A stretch of 63,082 bases of DNA from a virus, in IMG/VR virus record IMGVR_UViG_3300045988_178671, positions 1 through 63,082 of that record. One strand, 5' to 3'. Shown piece by piece: positions 1-9,632 of this stretch. Made by a program: the position numbers and the translations under genes. The notes under the pieces are model-generated. The model was not told the DNA's origin. It did no database searches and was given only the letters and a program-made list of their open reading frames with translations. Position 1 is the stretch's first letter, and each line of letters starts with the position of its first letter.

Positions 1-1173
1 CACAAAATCAGTAGCGTTTACCAAGGTCGCCCAAGTGGCAGTATCCTTAGCCAATAAATCCAGTAACGCCGATTTGGAAGCATTCGGCACGTTAGACAAA
101 TCCATATTGGCTTTGCCGGATAAAGCACCTGTAAACTCTGCCGCCTGTGCCGTACTAGCGGGCACCGCCGCATTATACGCGCACACCCACGGGTAAAGCG
201 TGGTATGGGCAGGTGTTACGGTATCGCTTGCGCCATATATGGAATTACTTTCAGAGGCAGGGGTGCTATCTTTCCCATACCCGTTTATTGTCGTAAACCA
301 TTCACTTGTTGCCGGGTGTGGATATCCGTTACCTTGCAAGTGGTAATCTCGATTATCATTTTTACCATAAGGTGCTCTGTGCGTATGGTCAGGCAACCCA
401 GCCTTGCCTTGCGTAATGCCATTCGTTTCGTCCGCGCTTTTAATGTAATTTACGAGTTTCGGCAAGCGCAGAGAGCCTGCCACCTCGTCTGCCACATAAT
501 AAGGGCACTCGCCGTAAGCGGACAGGGCTTGGTCGTACTGGGCTTTGGTTTTGCACAGTTCGGGGTGGCTTTTTACCCACGCGTAAAAATCGGGGTACAG
601 CGTGGAGGCGTTGGTGTAGTATTCGCCCGTCCAAAGCGGCAAACAGCCGGGGTTGTCTTTGGCTAATGAGGATTGGCTCCACACTAACTGCCCGATGGCA
701 AGTCCACGGGAATTTTGCGCGCTTTGCGCCGCATCCTGCGCATATTTTTTAGCCGAATAAAGGTCTTCCTCCACCGGGCCGTCTGTTTTGCTAGCCCAGT
801 TTTTAGCGGCCGCAATCTGTTCACTCCCCTCCTTTTGCACCTTACTTACTTGCGCAGTGCCAGCCGCCTCAACAGCCGATACTTGCTCCGCGCCGACAGT
901 TTCTACCGCGGCCTTTTGTGCCGTCCCGGCGGCAGTAACAATTCCAACCTGCTTGGTGCCCTCTGCCGTAATCTTTTCCATTTCGGCCGCACCACTCTGC
1001 TCTGTCAACTGTTTAATGGCCGTTGGAAACTGAATAACATCTTTTTCTGGCTCCATACCAGCCAGTTCTATCGCGCCCTGAATTTCATTTTTGATTTGGT
1101 TGTAATCCGTTGCCTTGATCCGGCTCGGGCTATCAGGTATATATACTGCGTCTACTTTATCATCAATTTTCAT
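1..1173 (-). CDS. Tail fibre / receptor-binding protein of phage A. Partial: the 3' end runs off the left edge (391 codons seen). Its N-terminal Ala/Thr-rich repeats resemble the 61772 ORF. The central region and C-terminus are homologous to the partial fibre at 62207-63082.
   Basis: ATG at 1173 with an AAGGAG RBS embedded in the upstream gene; open frame to position 1; C-terminal 40 aa identical to the right-end ORF. Confidence 0.6.
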   Translation of the reverse strand, partial: MKIDDKVDAVYIPDSPSRIKATDYNQIKNEIQGAIELAGMEPEKDVIQFPTAIKQLTEQSGAAEMEKITAEGTKQVGIVTAAGTAQKAAVETVGAEQVSAVEAAGTAQVSKVQKEGSEQIAAAKNWASKTDGPVEEDLYSAKKYAQDAAQSAQNSRGLAIGQLVWSQSSLAKDNPGCLPLWTGEYYTNASTLYPDFYAWVKSHPELCKTKAQYDQALSAYGECPYYVADEVAGSLRLPKLVNYIKSADETNGITQGKAGLPDHTHRAPYGKNDNRDYHLQGNGYPHPATSEWFTTINGYGKDSTPASESNSIYGASDTVTPAHTTLYPWVCAYNAAVPASTAQAAEFTGALSGKANMDLSNVPNASKSALLDLLAKDTATWATLVNATDFV

Positions 1174-1176
1174 TTC

Positions 1177-3528
1177 TTACTCCTTATAGTCAAGCGGTGT
1201 TGGGAATATGGTTTGATACTCGTAAAATTCTTTTTCCGGCGCGTTGTTTTTGTTGGAAACGTCGCGCAAAGTGTATTTAATCTGCCGTTTGGCAAAATCG
1301 TAATTTAAGCCGGTTATTTTGCACGCGCGGTAAAAGGTGTTTAGCCGCTCGTACTTGGTATAATCGGCGTAATTTGGCGGTACCGTGAGAGGCATTTCGC
1401 GTTGCAGGTTTACCACGTCGCCCAATTCCAATGAAAGGTTAAATTTGCCCGTGCAAGTGATAGTATTTGACAGGGCGGAATAAATCGCCAACAACTGCGG
1501 CCCGATAGCCTGCGCGAGTTCCGGGTTATCGTAGTTTATGATTTGCGGTTTATCAATATCGCGGTTTATCACGCCGTAACGGTCCACGGCGGTCGGCCTG
1601 TCGCCCGTATTGGCGTAAAATTCCAGCGGAATTGCGGCAAAATTAAGCGTGATTTTTGTCGCCAATTCTTTAACATCGCGTTGGACGGTATCTATTTTGA
1701 CCAGTTCTTTTTCGTCCAAAATATAAACCGGGGTGGTGCTAGTGGTGCGCGGGCGGAAGAAAAACACGTTGTTTCGGTCAATGCCGAACTCATAGCCGGA
1801 AATCAGGGCTAAATCTTTAATAACATCAAGTACCGTTTGGCCGGATAGGTCTATAAAGTTTAATGTTATGGCATCGGATAAAAAATAACATCTCGGATAA
1901 TCAATATCAGTTGAAGCATTTGTCGGATGTGTAACTATATTTGTTAGAAATTGGATGTAAACACTATTAACAGATATCCCATTTGCTGAGTCAAATTCAA
2001 TCCAATTTCCCCAATTTACATTGTCATTAGAAATGCGGTATAAGGTGGTATACTGAATATCTTTATTTGAAAAGTCGGCCTTAAAATCACTCCAAACCAC
2101 TGCCGACGAGTTATCTGTTTGTGGCACGAGTAATAAGGCCGGTTTATCCAGAACCGCAATAACTGAACCATTATTATCAAGGGCGGTTAATGAAAAACTA
2201 GACAATGTGCTTCTCCAGTCAAAAACCACGCCCTCGTTTTTTTTATTTGTTGGCATTTCAAAATCTAACTCTTGCGATACCGTAATCCCGTTTATTGTAA
2301 CCGAGTAGTTGTTTCCATTTTTTTCTACTGATACAGAATAATTACGAGTAGAGAATTCATAGCTTCGCACGGTTTGCCCATTTAACCGCCAATACGCAAA
2401 AATCCTAGTGCTTTCTTTATATAGGCATAGTCCACTTACAACACTGTCCTGTAAGTTATACCATCCATTGTGCGTCAAATTACTATTCAAATCTCCAAAA
2501 ACATACGAGCAATCACTGTAATCTATATGGTTTCCACCAAATGACAAATTAATGATAAACCTATTTGGAAATATACTCGTTCTTGCATTAGGTTGATTAA
2601 AATTATTATCTACAACTGTTCCCCAGAAAAAATGGTTTCCGGCGTCCTCAATATAATTTCCATTTTTACCAATAAACCCCAAACTGGCTAAAGCAGATAA
2701 ATTTTTTTCGCTCCTAATTTGGCTGTTAAAAGATACAGAAGATATATCCATATCTTCTACTTGATATCCAGCAACCTGCAAAAGTTCATTTAAGATGTTT
2801 TCAATACTCTTATTTCTTTTCCAGCAGTAATAATCGGCCGTTATGTTCGCACTGTAAAAATCTGCTTTGGTAATTTGTACAAAAGCTACAGAATTAGCCT
2901 CATTAACATTTGACACCTCGTAATCCACGCCATCATACAGTTTGACACCATTTGCATATACCGCATTAAAACCGCCCACGCCCAGGTTAGCCGTTTTGTA
3001 TACGGGTTGATTGTCATCTTCTTTGTGGTCCAGCGTTAAAACTTCGCCCACCACTTTATCGCTGTACTCTTTTGCCTCTACATCATTTAACAGCTCCAAG
3101 GGCGACACCAGCGTCAAAGACAGCTGATACTTTTCCGGCGTATAGTTCGGCAGTGTTTTAATTACACCGCTAAATAAGGGCGTTTTATCGGTTTCTGTCC
3201 CGCAGGAAATATCCACGCGCGACCCATAAATTTGATATCCGGCCGGGAAATAACTTTCCGGCGTTTCTTCCACAAAGTGGTTGTGCGGGTCCGACAGGGT
3301 CAGCGTCATATTGCTTGCCGTAAACTCGCTGATTTCGCCCACGTCTAGTTTAGTGGAAAGCGTGCCCCACTTTACAACCTGTTCCGTAATATCAAGGGGC
3401 GTTTCTTCCAATTTAAAAACGTTCTGTTCCGCGTCCCACTTGTTTCGGTAGAACGTGCAAAATACTTTAAGCTGGCGCAAATCGCCGCTTTTAATAACAG
3501 CAGCCAATTCTGCCGGGATTTCGGTCAT
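1177..3528 (-). CDS. Tail tip / tail-associated (Tal-like) protein, 783 aa
   Basis: Large ORF directly downstream of the TMP-Dit pair in siphovirus order; translationally coupled starts. Confidence 0.5.
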   Translation of the reverse strand: MTEIPAELAAVIKSGDLRQLKVFCTFYRNKWDAEQNVFKLEETPLDITEQVVKWGTLSTKLDVGEISEFTASNMTLTLSDPHNHFVEETPESYFPAGYQIYGSRVDISCGTETDKTPLFSGVIKTLPNYTPEKYQLSLTLVSPLELLNDVEAKEYSDKVVGEVLTLDHKEDDNQPVYKTANLGVGGFNAVYANGVKLYDGVDYEVSNVNEANSVAFVQITKADFYSANITADYYCWKRNKSIENILNELLQVAGYQVEDMDISSVSFNSQIRSEKNLSALASLGFIGKNGNYIEDAGNHFFWGTVVDNNFNQPNARTSIFPNRFIINLSFGGNHIDYSDCSYVFGDLNSNLTHNGWYNLQDSVVSGLCLYKESTRIFAYWRLNGQTVRSYEFSTRNYSVSVEKNGNNYSVTINGITVSQELDFEMPTNKKNEGVVFDWRSTLSSFSLTALDNNGSVIAVLDKPALLLVPQTDNSSAVVWSDFKADFSNKDIQYTTLYRISNDNVNWGNWIEFDSANGISVNSVYIQFLTNIVTHPTNASTDIDYPRCYFLSDAITLNFIDLSGQTVLDVIKDLALISGYEFGIDRNNVFFFRPRTTSTTPVYILDEKELVKIDTVQRDVKELATKITLNFAAIPLEFYANTGDRPTAVDRYGVINRDIDKPQIINYDNPELAQAIGPQLLAIYSALSNTITCTGKFNLSLELGDVVNLQREMPLTVPPNYADYTKYERLNTFYRACKITGLNYDFAKRQIKYTLRDVSNKNNAPEKEFYEYQTIFPTPLDYKE

Positions 3529-4238
3529 AGTTCTTTTGCCTCCAAAGTGGCCGAATACAGGGCCGTTTTTCTATCAACCTCATAGGAAAATTCGGGCGAA
3601 ACATAGCACTCATAGATAGCCGTCGGATCAAAATCCTTAAACGGAATAACCGTCAAGACATTATCTGCCATAATAGCCGCGTTCAGCGCGTCAAACTGCT
3701 CTTGCGGGAGGTTTTCTATTTTGATTTTGGCTTCCCATTTTTGATAATCACCATAAAAAACAATATCGCCCGATAGCGTGCGGTAGCTCCCTTGGTTTGT
3801 TTCCCTCTTAAAGTTTCCGTCAGTAAGGGCGAACAGATCCGTGATGTGGTTAAAAAATCCAATTTGCCCCACTTGCACCTTTTGCGGGTTTCCCTCTGCC
3901 GGAATGGTAATGCGCAAAGAAGAAGTAGTTACAGGCGCGGGGGCCGAGAACATAACCGTAGAGTCCGTATTGCCTTGCACATTGAAAAGTTCCGAATAGT
4001 TACCTGCGCTGTCTGCGGCTTCAATGCTGATATTTTGTAAATTCGTATCGCGCAAAATAAGCGTATCTAGGTTGTGGTTTTTAATCGTACCCCACCTGTC
4101 AGAGAGAAAGAAGGTAAGCGTAAGCGGTAAGGCCACCGTATCAATGTTGTTAAGCTGGCCGGAAATATCGTTTCCGTTTCCGTCCACTACCCGGCGCGAA
4201 AAATTTTGACTTAAAAATATGTAAGGTTTCTTAATCAT
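3525..4238 (-). CDS. Distal tail protein (Dit-like), 237 aa
   Basis: Position between tape measure and tail tip genes; 4-nt overlaps on both sides. Confidence 0.4.
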   Translation of the reverse strand: MIKKPYIFLSQNFSRRVVDGNGNDISGQLNNIDTVALPLTLTFFLSDRWGTIKNHNLDTLILRDTNLQNISIEAADSAGNYSELFNVQGNTDSTVMFSAPAPVTTSSLRITIPAEGNPQKVQVGQIGFFNHITDLFALTDGNFKRETNQGSYRTLSGDIVFYGDYQKWEAKIKIENLPQEQFDALNAAIMADNVLTVIPFKDFDPTAIYECYVSPEFSYEVDRKTALYSATLEAKEL

Positions 4239-6292
4239 ACGCTATACCCGCTTTGTTCGTTGCCCGCTTTAACTGCGACGTTTGCGTATCTTAACGCTTC
4301 CGTAACGCCGTTTTGCGTGGCTTCTGTAAGTTCGTTTAGAAAGGCTGGCAGGCCTCCGTTTGCCGTAACATTTACATTTACCGTAATGGCCCCAGCAAGC
4401 CCGGCGGGGCCGCTTTCTTCCGCGATAGCCCCACCTATGCGGCGCATAGCGCGGCTGTTGTCTAATGGCAGTACAGCTTCATCAGAGCCACCTTCGCCAA
4501 TAACAGCAGGCACGCCACCCGTAACCGCTTTCACTAAACCGCCTTTTGCAAGTTTTACAGCTTCAATTTGCGAAACTAACGCCGCCCCCTGTGCTAATAC
4601 TGTGGCTACAGCCGCAAGGTTTGCCGGGAAGGGTAATTCTAAGGCTTTGGCCGCACCTGTGAACATAGACATAGTGGCCTGAGCAATGCTTGCAACCTTA
4701 CCAACGGCCGCCACCTTTTTATTTTCAGACGAAGCCAAACCCGTAAGAGCCGACCACATAGAGCCATAGACTTGCTGTCTTGCTTGGGCTGATTTTTTGT
4801 CATTGGCAAGGCGTTGGGTGTTGTATTGCTGTTCAAGGTTGCGCAAGGCTTCTTGTTTGAGTGTTTCGTCCGTGATTTCTTGGTCTATGTACTGCTGTTT
4901 AAGTGCGCGCAATTCTTCCAAGCGTTCGGATTCCGCTTCGTATTGCATAACGGCATTTTCTGCCGTAGCTACTTGGCTCGCGCCGCCTGCAAATGTTTCT
5001 AACGGTGTAGGCCCTTTCTCGCTTTCGCTTGCGTTCCTATCCCAGCCTTTCAAATCTTCCGAAGAAGAAAGGCCCATATTATCCAAAATTTCCTGTTGCC
5101 GCTTTAATTCGTCCGTCTTTTCCTTGGTCACTTCAAGCGCTTGTTCTTGCGCTCCGCGCAAAGCGTTAATTTTAGCCGCCTGTGCGTCAAGCCCTGCTTG
5201 CTGTTCTTCCGAAACCTTATTTTCTAACTTGGATAGGTCAAAGATTTCCGTTTTCATTCGGTTTAGAGTAGAAATTTGGCGCACGCCACTTTCCACTTCA
5301 CGCGCCGCGCGTTCTTCTGCGGCTTGCGCCGCCGCTACTTGCTCATCAGATACTAGCTTTATTTTGTTGCCCAGTTCAGCCGCCGCAGTAATTGCTTTTC
5401 GGAAACCCAAAATAATACCATCTACAGCAACCTCAACAGACTTTGCGCCGATGTTTATAAGATCAAAAGTAAGCCCCCAACCGTTAGACAGAATAACAAA
5501 ACCTTTCTGCAACCACTCCATAAGCGTAGTAAGCCGGCCTAAAACGGGTGTAAGCCCTTGGGAAAGCCCTTCGCCTACAAGTTCCTTAAATCCTCCCCAA
5601 GTTTCCTTCAAAACGCCTACCTTGGAAGTCATATCCCCCATAGTAGCCTGCGCGGAAGCCCCGAACTGATCGTTTATTTTTCCTACTACCGCGGCGAATT
5701 TATCGCCCTCTTTTACATTTTCGTCAAGCGTAATTCCATAACGGGAAAGGGCGGAGGTAGATCCTGCGGCTGCGCGAGCGATAAGCATAAGCGCGTTTTC
5801 AAAGTTCATACCTTGGTTAGCAGATAAAGCAAAAGCGGCGCGGATTGCTTCTTGCGCTTCTACACCGACAACTTTGTAATTTGCCAAGGTGCGCTGGGCG
5901 TTTAGGAATGTTTCCCCTGCTAAACCTGTGGAGGCTTCCATTTCATCAGCGAATGCCTTAGCCTGCGCCATAGCCCCGGAAGCAGTATATCCCACATTTT
6001 GAAAGGCCGCGGCAAGCATAGACACGCTTCGGGCGTGTTCTTGGTATTCCGCAATACTGGAAGCAAAGAAATCAATAACGCCCTTTGCGGCGGCCAACGC
6101 ACCCGCAAAGCGCGCCACGCCGGATTGCAAGACATTGAAAGAGTTAGAGCCTTCTTTACCTGCGGTAACGGTTGCTTGGCCCACTTTTTCGGCTTTTTTA
6201 GCAACGGCGTCCATTCCCTTTTTGGCTTCTAGCTCGCCTTTGTTTTCATAGATAGTTTGAATGACTATAACTGCTTTTTCTTCTCCTGCCAT
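4235..6292 (-). CDS. Tail tape measure protein, 685 aa
   Basis: Long Ala/Gly-rich helical protein with coiled-coil segments (EELRALKQQY etc.), downstream of the tail chaperone. Confidence 0.8.
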   Translation of the reverse strand: MAGEEKAVIVIQTIYENKGELEAKKGMDAVAKKAEKVGQATVTAGKEGSNSFNVLQSGVARFAGALAAAKGVIDFFASSIAEYQEHARSVSMLAAAFQNVGYTASGAMAQAKAFADEMEASTGLAGETFLNAQRTLANYKVVGVEAQEAIRAAFALSANQGMNFENALMLIARAAAGSTSALSRYGITLDENVKEGDKFAAVVGKINDQFGASAQATMGDMTSKVGVLKETWGGFKELVGEGLSQGLTPVLGRLTTLMEWLQKGFVILSNGWGLTFDLINIGAKSVEVAVDGIILGFRKAITAAAELGNKIKLVSDEQVAAAQAAEERAAREVESGVRQISTLNRMKTEIFDLSKLENKVSEEQQAGLDAQAAKINALRGAQEQALEVTKEKTDELKRQQEILDNMGLSSSEDLKGWDRNASESEKGPTPLETFAGGASQVATAENAVMQYEAESERLEELRALKQQYIDQEITDETLKQEALRNLEQQYNTQRLANDKKSAQARQQVYGSMWSALTGLASSENKKVAAVGKVASIAQATMSMFTGAAKALELPFPANLAAVATVLAQGAALVSQIEAVKLAKGGLVKAVTGGVPAVIGEGGSDEAVLPLDNSRAMRRIGGAIAEESGPAGLAGAITVNVNVTANGGLPAFLNELTEATQNGVTEALRYANVAVKAGNEQSGYSV

Positions 6293-6460
6293 TGAAAAAA
6301 TCCTTTTTATTCATTACAATATAGGTATGACACTAAACGATATCTTCAAAGCTAATTATGGCAAGGACTGGAAACAAGCCTCTTTTATGGAAAAATTAGA
6401 GGCGGTAGTTTTTGGTGCTATCCTTATCCATTTTTTAGCCGCCTTGCTTCCTTTTAAGTC

Positions 6461-6666
6461 TTAATTGCTTCTGTTCCCTATTTTGAAACCTAGTTTTTTT
6501 AGCGACCCAAGGCTTTCGTTGCCTGTTAGCCGCGTAGTAGGCCCTTTATGCTTCAAGGCCTCTTTTTCCGCCTTTTGCGCTTTGGCCCATTCCAAAACAT
6601 AGGCGTTTATCTGCGTAAGACTTAAATCATCTATTTTCTGCCCGAAAAATTCATTTATTATTTTTG
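6461..6666 (-). CDS. Putative -1 programmed-frameshift extension of the tail assembly chaperone (gpG-T-like fusion product)
   Basis: The -1 frame is open from the 3' end of the chaperone gene to a TAA at 6461-6463. The slippery run CAAAAAUAA lies at the chaperone stop. The translated extension looks protein-like (KIINEFFGQKIDDLSLTQINAYVLEWAKAQKAEKEAL...). Confidence 0.4.
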
Positions 6667-7065
6667 CAACGCCGCCAAACCCTGCGTTAGTTGTGGTATC
6701 GACTGCGTTGCCCGGTAAAAATTTGCAAAAATACGCTCCAAATCATTGACGCACCACACCGCAAGGAGCAAATCGGCAAATTCTGCCAAGGTTACGCGGT
6801 CGGGGTCTATCTGTTTGCCCGGAATGCAAAAGTGCAGGATAACGGGCATTTTAACCAGTAAAGCGCGGTTTAATGCGGTTATATCCCCACCCGCCAGCTT
6901 TACCAGTTCTGTCGCGTTGCCTAACGCCGCGAACAATTCCAACGCCTTGCCCAGTTTAAAGGCTTCTATCACTACCGACTCGCCGCCGATAGTGATAGTT
7001 GCCCGCTTCTTGTTCAAAGCGTCCGTGATGTCTAACTCTTTCTTTGAAGAAAAGAATTTGAACAT
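6658..7065 (-). CDS. Tail assembly chaperone (gpG-like), about 135 aa from the internal Met
   Basis: Sits between the major tail and TMP genes; TAATG overlap with the major tail stop at 7065. Confidence 0.5.
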   Translation of the reverse strand: MFKFFSSKKELDITDALNKKRATITIGGESVVIEAFKLGKALELFAALGNATELVKLAGGDITALNRALLVKMPVILHFCIPGKQIDPDRVTLAEFADLLLAVWCVNDLERIFANFYRATQSIPQLTQGLAALQK

Positions 7066-7595
7066 TAGGCCCCCGCGTAGCTGTCGTTTACAGACATAAA
7101 GCCCGTGTTTTTGCCTTCCGTGGGGCAATTTACGATAGAGCCTTCCAAGGTTACGGTCTGCTGGTCGGTGCGGGACAAAGCGATTTCGCCCGTTCCGTTA
7201 AAGGACACCTTGGCAAAGTAAAATTCGCGGGTTGCTTTTACGCCGCTGTCATTTACTGGACCGTCGGTTTCGATCCATACTTGATAATAGGATTCCTTGG
7301 TTAAAGTAGCGATACCGCTTCCGTCAAGTTCCACGCCAAAGGCTAACGCCAAGTTTTCCGGCGTGATACCTGCCAACGGGATAGACAGCGTGTATTGTGC
7401 GGCCGTAGCAATTTTGCGCACAGGTACCACGCTTTGGTCGACTACTACATCCGTCTTTTCTACCGCCGCCGTTAAGGTTACGCCGCCATTGGTAAAGCCC
7501 AAATCAATAGCGGCCGTTTTTTCCGCGCCAAGCGGCGCAATTTTTACGCTTTTAGCACCGCCTAAAACGGTGTTTTGACATTGCTGTTCTGCCAT
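7065..7595 (-). CDS. Major tail protein, 176 aa
   Basis: Ser/Thr/Gly-rich beta protein in the canonical position upstream of the chaperone and TMP. Confidence 0.6.
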   Translation of the reverse strand: MAEQQCQNTVLGGAKSVKIAPLGAEKTAAIDLGFTNGGVTLTAAVEKTDVVVDQSVVPVRKIATAAQYTLSIPLAGITPENLALAFGVELDGSGIATLTKESYYQVWIETDGPVNDSGVKATREFYFAKVSFNGTGEIALSRTDQQTVTLEGSIVNCPTEGKNTGFMSVNDSYAGA

Positions 7596-7598
7596 TTT

Positions 7599-8036
7599 TT
7601 ACTCTCCTTGCGCTTGTGCGCACTTTGTGAATTGAAAATCAAAACTGACTACGGCGTTTATCGCCTGTTCCGTTTCCAGTTGGAAATTGTTTGTTAACTG
7701 CGCGGGTACTGCGTGGCACTCGCGGATAATAATCCCTTGGGCCATAGCCGAAGAATTAAAGAAACGGTCAAATTTATTAAAAATCGTATAGAGCCGATCT
7801 CGGATAGCCAAAGACTCCGTTTTTGTTTTGGCCCAAAATTCAAAGGTTATATTCTGCTGATATCCCCAAGGCTCATTGTTGGGGTTTGTAGGCTGATCCG
7901 CATAATAAACGATACAGGGCAAATTCCCAGGGTTTGCGTTATCCGGGTATATTTTGCTGTCGCTTTGCGTAGCCCCTAAAATGTTTTGAAGGGGCGTATC
8001 TGCTTTTAGAACGCCGTAAATAATGCTTTCTATCAT
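7599..8036 (-). CDS. Tail completion / tail terminator-like protein, 145 aa
   Basis: Gene order in an HK97-like head-tail joining cluster. Confidence 0.4.
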   Translation of the reverse strand: MIESIIYGVLKADTPLQNILGATQSDSKIYPDNANPGNLPCIVYYADQPTNPNNEPWGYQQNITFEFWAKTKTESLAIRDRLYTIFNKFDRFFNSSAMAQGIIIRECHAVPAQLTNNFQLETEQAINAVVSFDFQFTKCAQAQGE

Positions 8037-8037
8037 C

Positions 8038-8490
8038 TTATGCCCCCTTAGTCTGCGAAGCCCTGTAATGTTGCCAAAATCGCGCTAAAAGTTTATGAGA
8101 ATTATAGATAGGCTCCACATACCAAAGAAACGGTCTGATCCCGTCGCCGTTGTGCCCTTCCAAATACTTAGCGTAGTTAATGGGCGTATTCTTTGCGCCC
8201 GATCCGATTTCGCTTGTTACTTTATTGGCGGCTAACATAATCTTAAAGCCGATACTATTTCTTAGGCGCATAGTGTGGCCGTAAGGCAAAGCACCTTTTG
8301 GGCTGTTGGAATAATTCGGGTCTTTTTGATCCCGTCCGGCACGCTGTGAAAGCCCTTCTTTTAATTTGGTGGATGCTTGGGACGCAAGTTCGCTATGTGC
8401 TTTAACCATAGCGTCAAGCATAGAACGCTCCTTTTGCTCAAGGCGTTGGCGTACCTTCTCAAAATTTTTAGTAGTTAGCCTAATCATCAA
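8038..8490 (-). CDS. HK97 gp10-family tail component protein, 150 aa
   Basis: N-terminus MIRLTTKNFEKVRQRLEQ... typical of HK97 gp10-like proteins. Confidence 0.5.
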   Translation of the reverse strand: MMIRLTTKNFEKVRQRLEQKERSMLDAMVKAHSELASQASTKLKEGLSQRAGRDQKDPNYSNSPKGALPYGHTMRLRNSIGFKIMLAANKVTSEIGSGAKNTPINYAKYLEGHNGDGIRPFLWYVEPIYNSHKLLARFWQHYRASQTKGA

Positions 8491-8821
8491 GTGCCACCCG
8501 TTCTAAATTTACGCGCATATATCTTTTGCGCCCGCCTAAATCGGTTAATTCGGTAATGTTATACTGTTCCCCGCGTACCGCGATAACGTGAAAATGCTTT
8601 TTAAGGTCAAAATCAAGCGGGAATAAATAAATTCTGTCCGTATTGTTCCCCGTTTGTATGCGGCCTGTACGGTCAATGCTACCGCCGCCATTTTGAAAAG
8701 CGCATTTAATGCCCTGCGCCACAGGCTCTAATGTACTTACAGTTTGTCCCGTCGCTTCGTCCTGTCCTTCTACGCGCGCTAAGATGTCGCAGGTATCATT
8801 TAACAGGCCTCTAAAGCTCAT
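8480..8821 (-). CDS. Head closure / head-tail adaptor protein, 113 aa
   Basis: Size and position between the gp6-like connector and the gp10-like protein. Confidence 0.45.
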   Translation of the reverse strand: MSFRGLLNDTCDILARVEGQDEATGQTVSTLEPVAQGIKCAFQNGGGSIDRTGRIQTGNNTDRIYLFPLDFDLKKHFHVIAVRGEQYNITELTDLGGRKRYMRVNLERVALDD

Positions 8822-9372
8822 ATTTTAACTCCGTCAAGCATACCCGCGATAATTTCCGGCACGCCGCGCACCATTGCACCTTTGGTATAGCTATAATCGC
8901 CCAAATGTTCAGAGGCAAAGCCGTTTAATGCGTCGGGATTTGCGTTCCAAGCAAGCAGTTTTTCAGCCGCTTGGCTAAGTAAGGCCGGTGCTTGGGAAAA
9001 GTTATCATAAAGCCCTGCGTTATAGCTTATCTGCGCCGCGGCTATATGGCCCGGGTGTTGTCCACAAAGTAGCTCCACGCTGATTTTTCCTACGGCATAA
9101 TGCCCTTGATACGGTGCATATTCCCCGTCGGCTTTTAAGAAATTGATTTGCGCTACCGAATTAATCGGAGCAAAACGCGGACGCAATACAGACTGCCACC
9201 CATAGGGCAAAGTGATTTTTTCGTCCGTGTAGTCGGTCTTAATAAGCGTGACAGCAAGGTATGCTTCTATCATCTCTTGCACGGCGTTAATCTGCGCCGC
9301 CGCTTCTGCATCAGTTCCGGCCCCGGTAATTTGTTTCACTTTATCTAAGGGAATTAAGTATTCTTGTTCCAT
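8818..9372 (-). CDS. Head-tail connector (gp6-like DNA packaging protein), 184 aa
   Basis: Lies directly downstream of the capsid gene; the N-terminal LDKVKQITGAGTD...EAAAQINAVQEMIEAYL pattern is typical of gp6-like connectors. Confidence 0.55.
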   Translation of the reverse strand: MEQEYLIPLDKVKQITGAGTDAEAAAQINAVQEMIEAYLAVTLIKTDYTDEKITLPYGWQSVLRPRFAPINSVAQINFLKADGEYAPYQGHYAVGKISVELLCGQHPGHIAAAQISYNAGLYDNFSQAPALLSQAAEKLLAWNANPDALNGFASEHLGDYSYTKGAMVRGVPEIIAGMLDGVKI

Positions 9373-9389
9373 ATTGCGCCCGCATTAAA

Positions 9390-9575
9390 TTATTTAGTTC
9401 CAGCCTTGCCGCCATTTTTTTCATCGGCGGATTTTTCGGCTTCCTTCTCTTTCAATTCTTTTACATTCTCAGCGAAGCGTTTAGCGTCCTCGCCGTGAAA
9501 GGCTACTACTGCCCCTTCTTTATAAGGGCCGAAGGCTTTTTTTACTACATATCTTTTAAGGGTAAAATCTTTCAT
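9390..9575 (-). CDS. Small Lys/Glu-rich hypothetical protein, 61 aa
   Basis: ORF between the capsid and connector genes. Confidence 0.3.
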   Translation of the reverse strand: MKDFTLKRYVVKKAFGPYKEGAVVAFHGEDAKRFAENVKELKEKEAEKSADEKNGGKAGTK

Positions 9576-9632
9576 TTTTCTTGCTCCTATATTGGGGCGG
9601 CGTTTTTACCACCGCCCCATAATTGACTAGGC

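Noticed and set aside
205-1308. Plus-strand ORFs (205-666, 715-1308, 788-1033) at the left edge
   Set aside because: They lie antisense to a long open minus-strand frame that has a strong RBS and is homologous to the right-end fibre gene. They are Ala/Arg/Cys-rich shadow ORFs.
4260-6232. Several plus-strand ORFs (for example 4797-5669) inside the tape-measure region
   Set aside because: They are antisense to the 685-aa tape measure gene, low-complexity, and not in operon context
6261-6464. A 67-aa plus-strand ORF in the chaperone-TMP gap
   Set aside because: The gap is better explained by the -1 frameshift extension of the minus-strand chaperone, and the plus-strand ORF has no RBS
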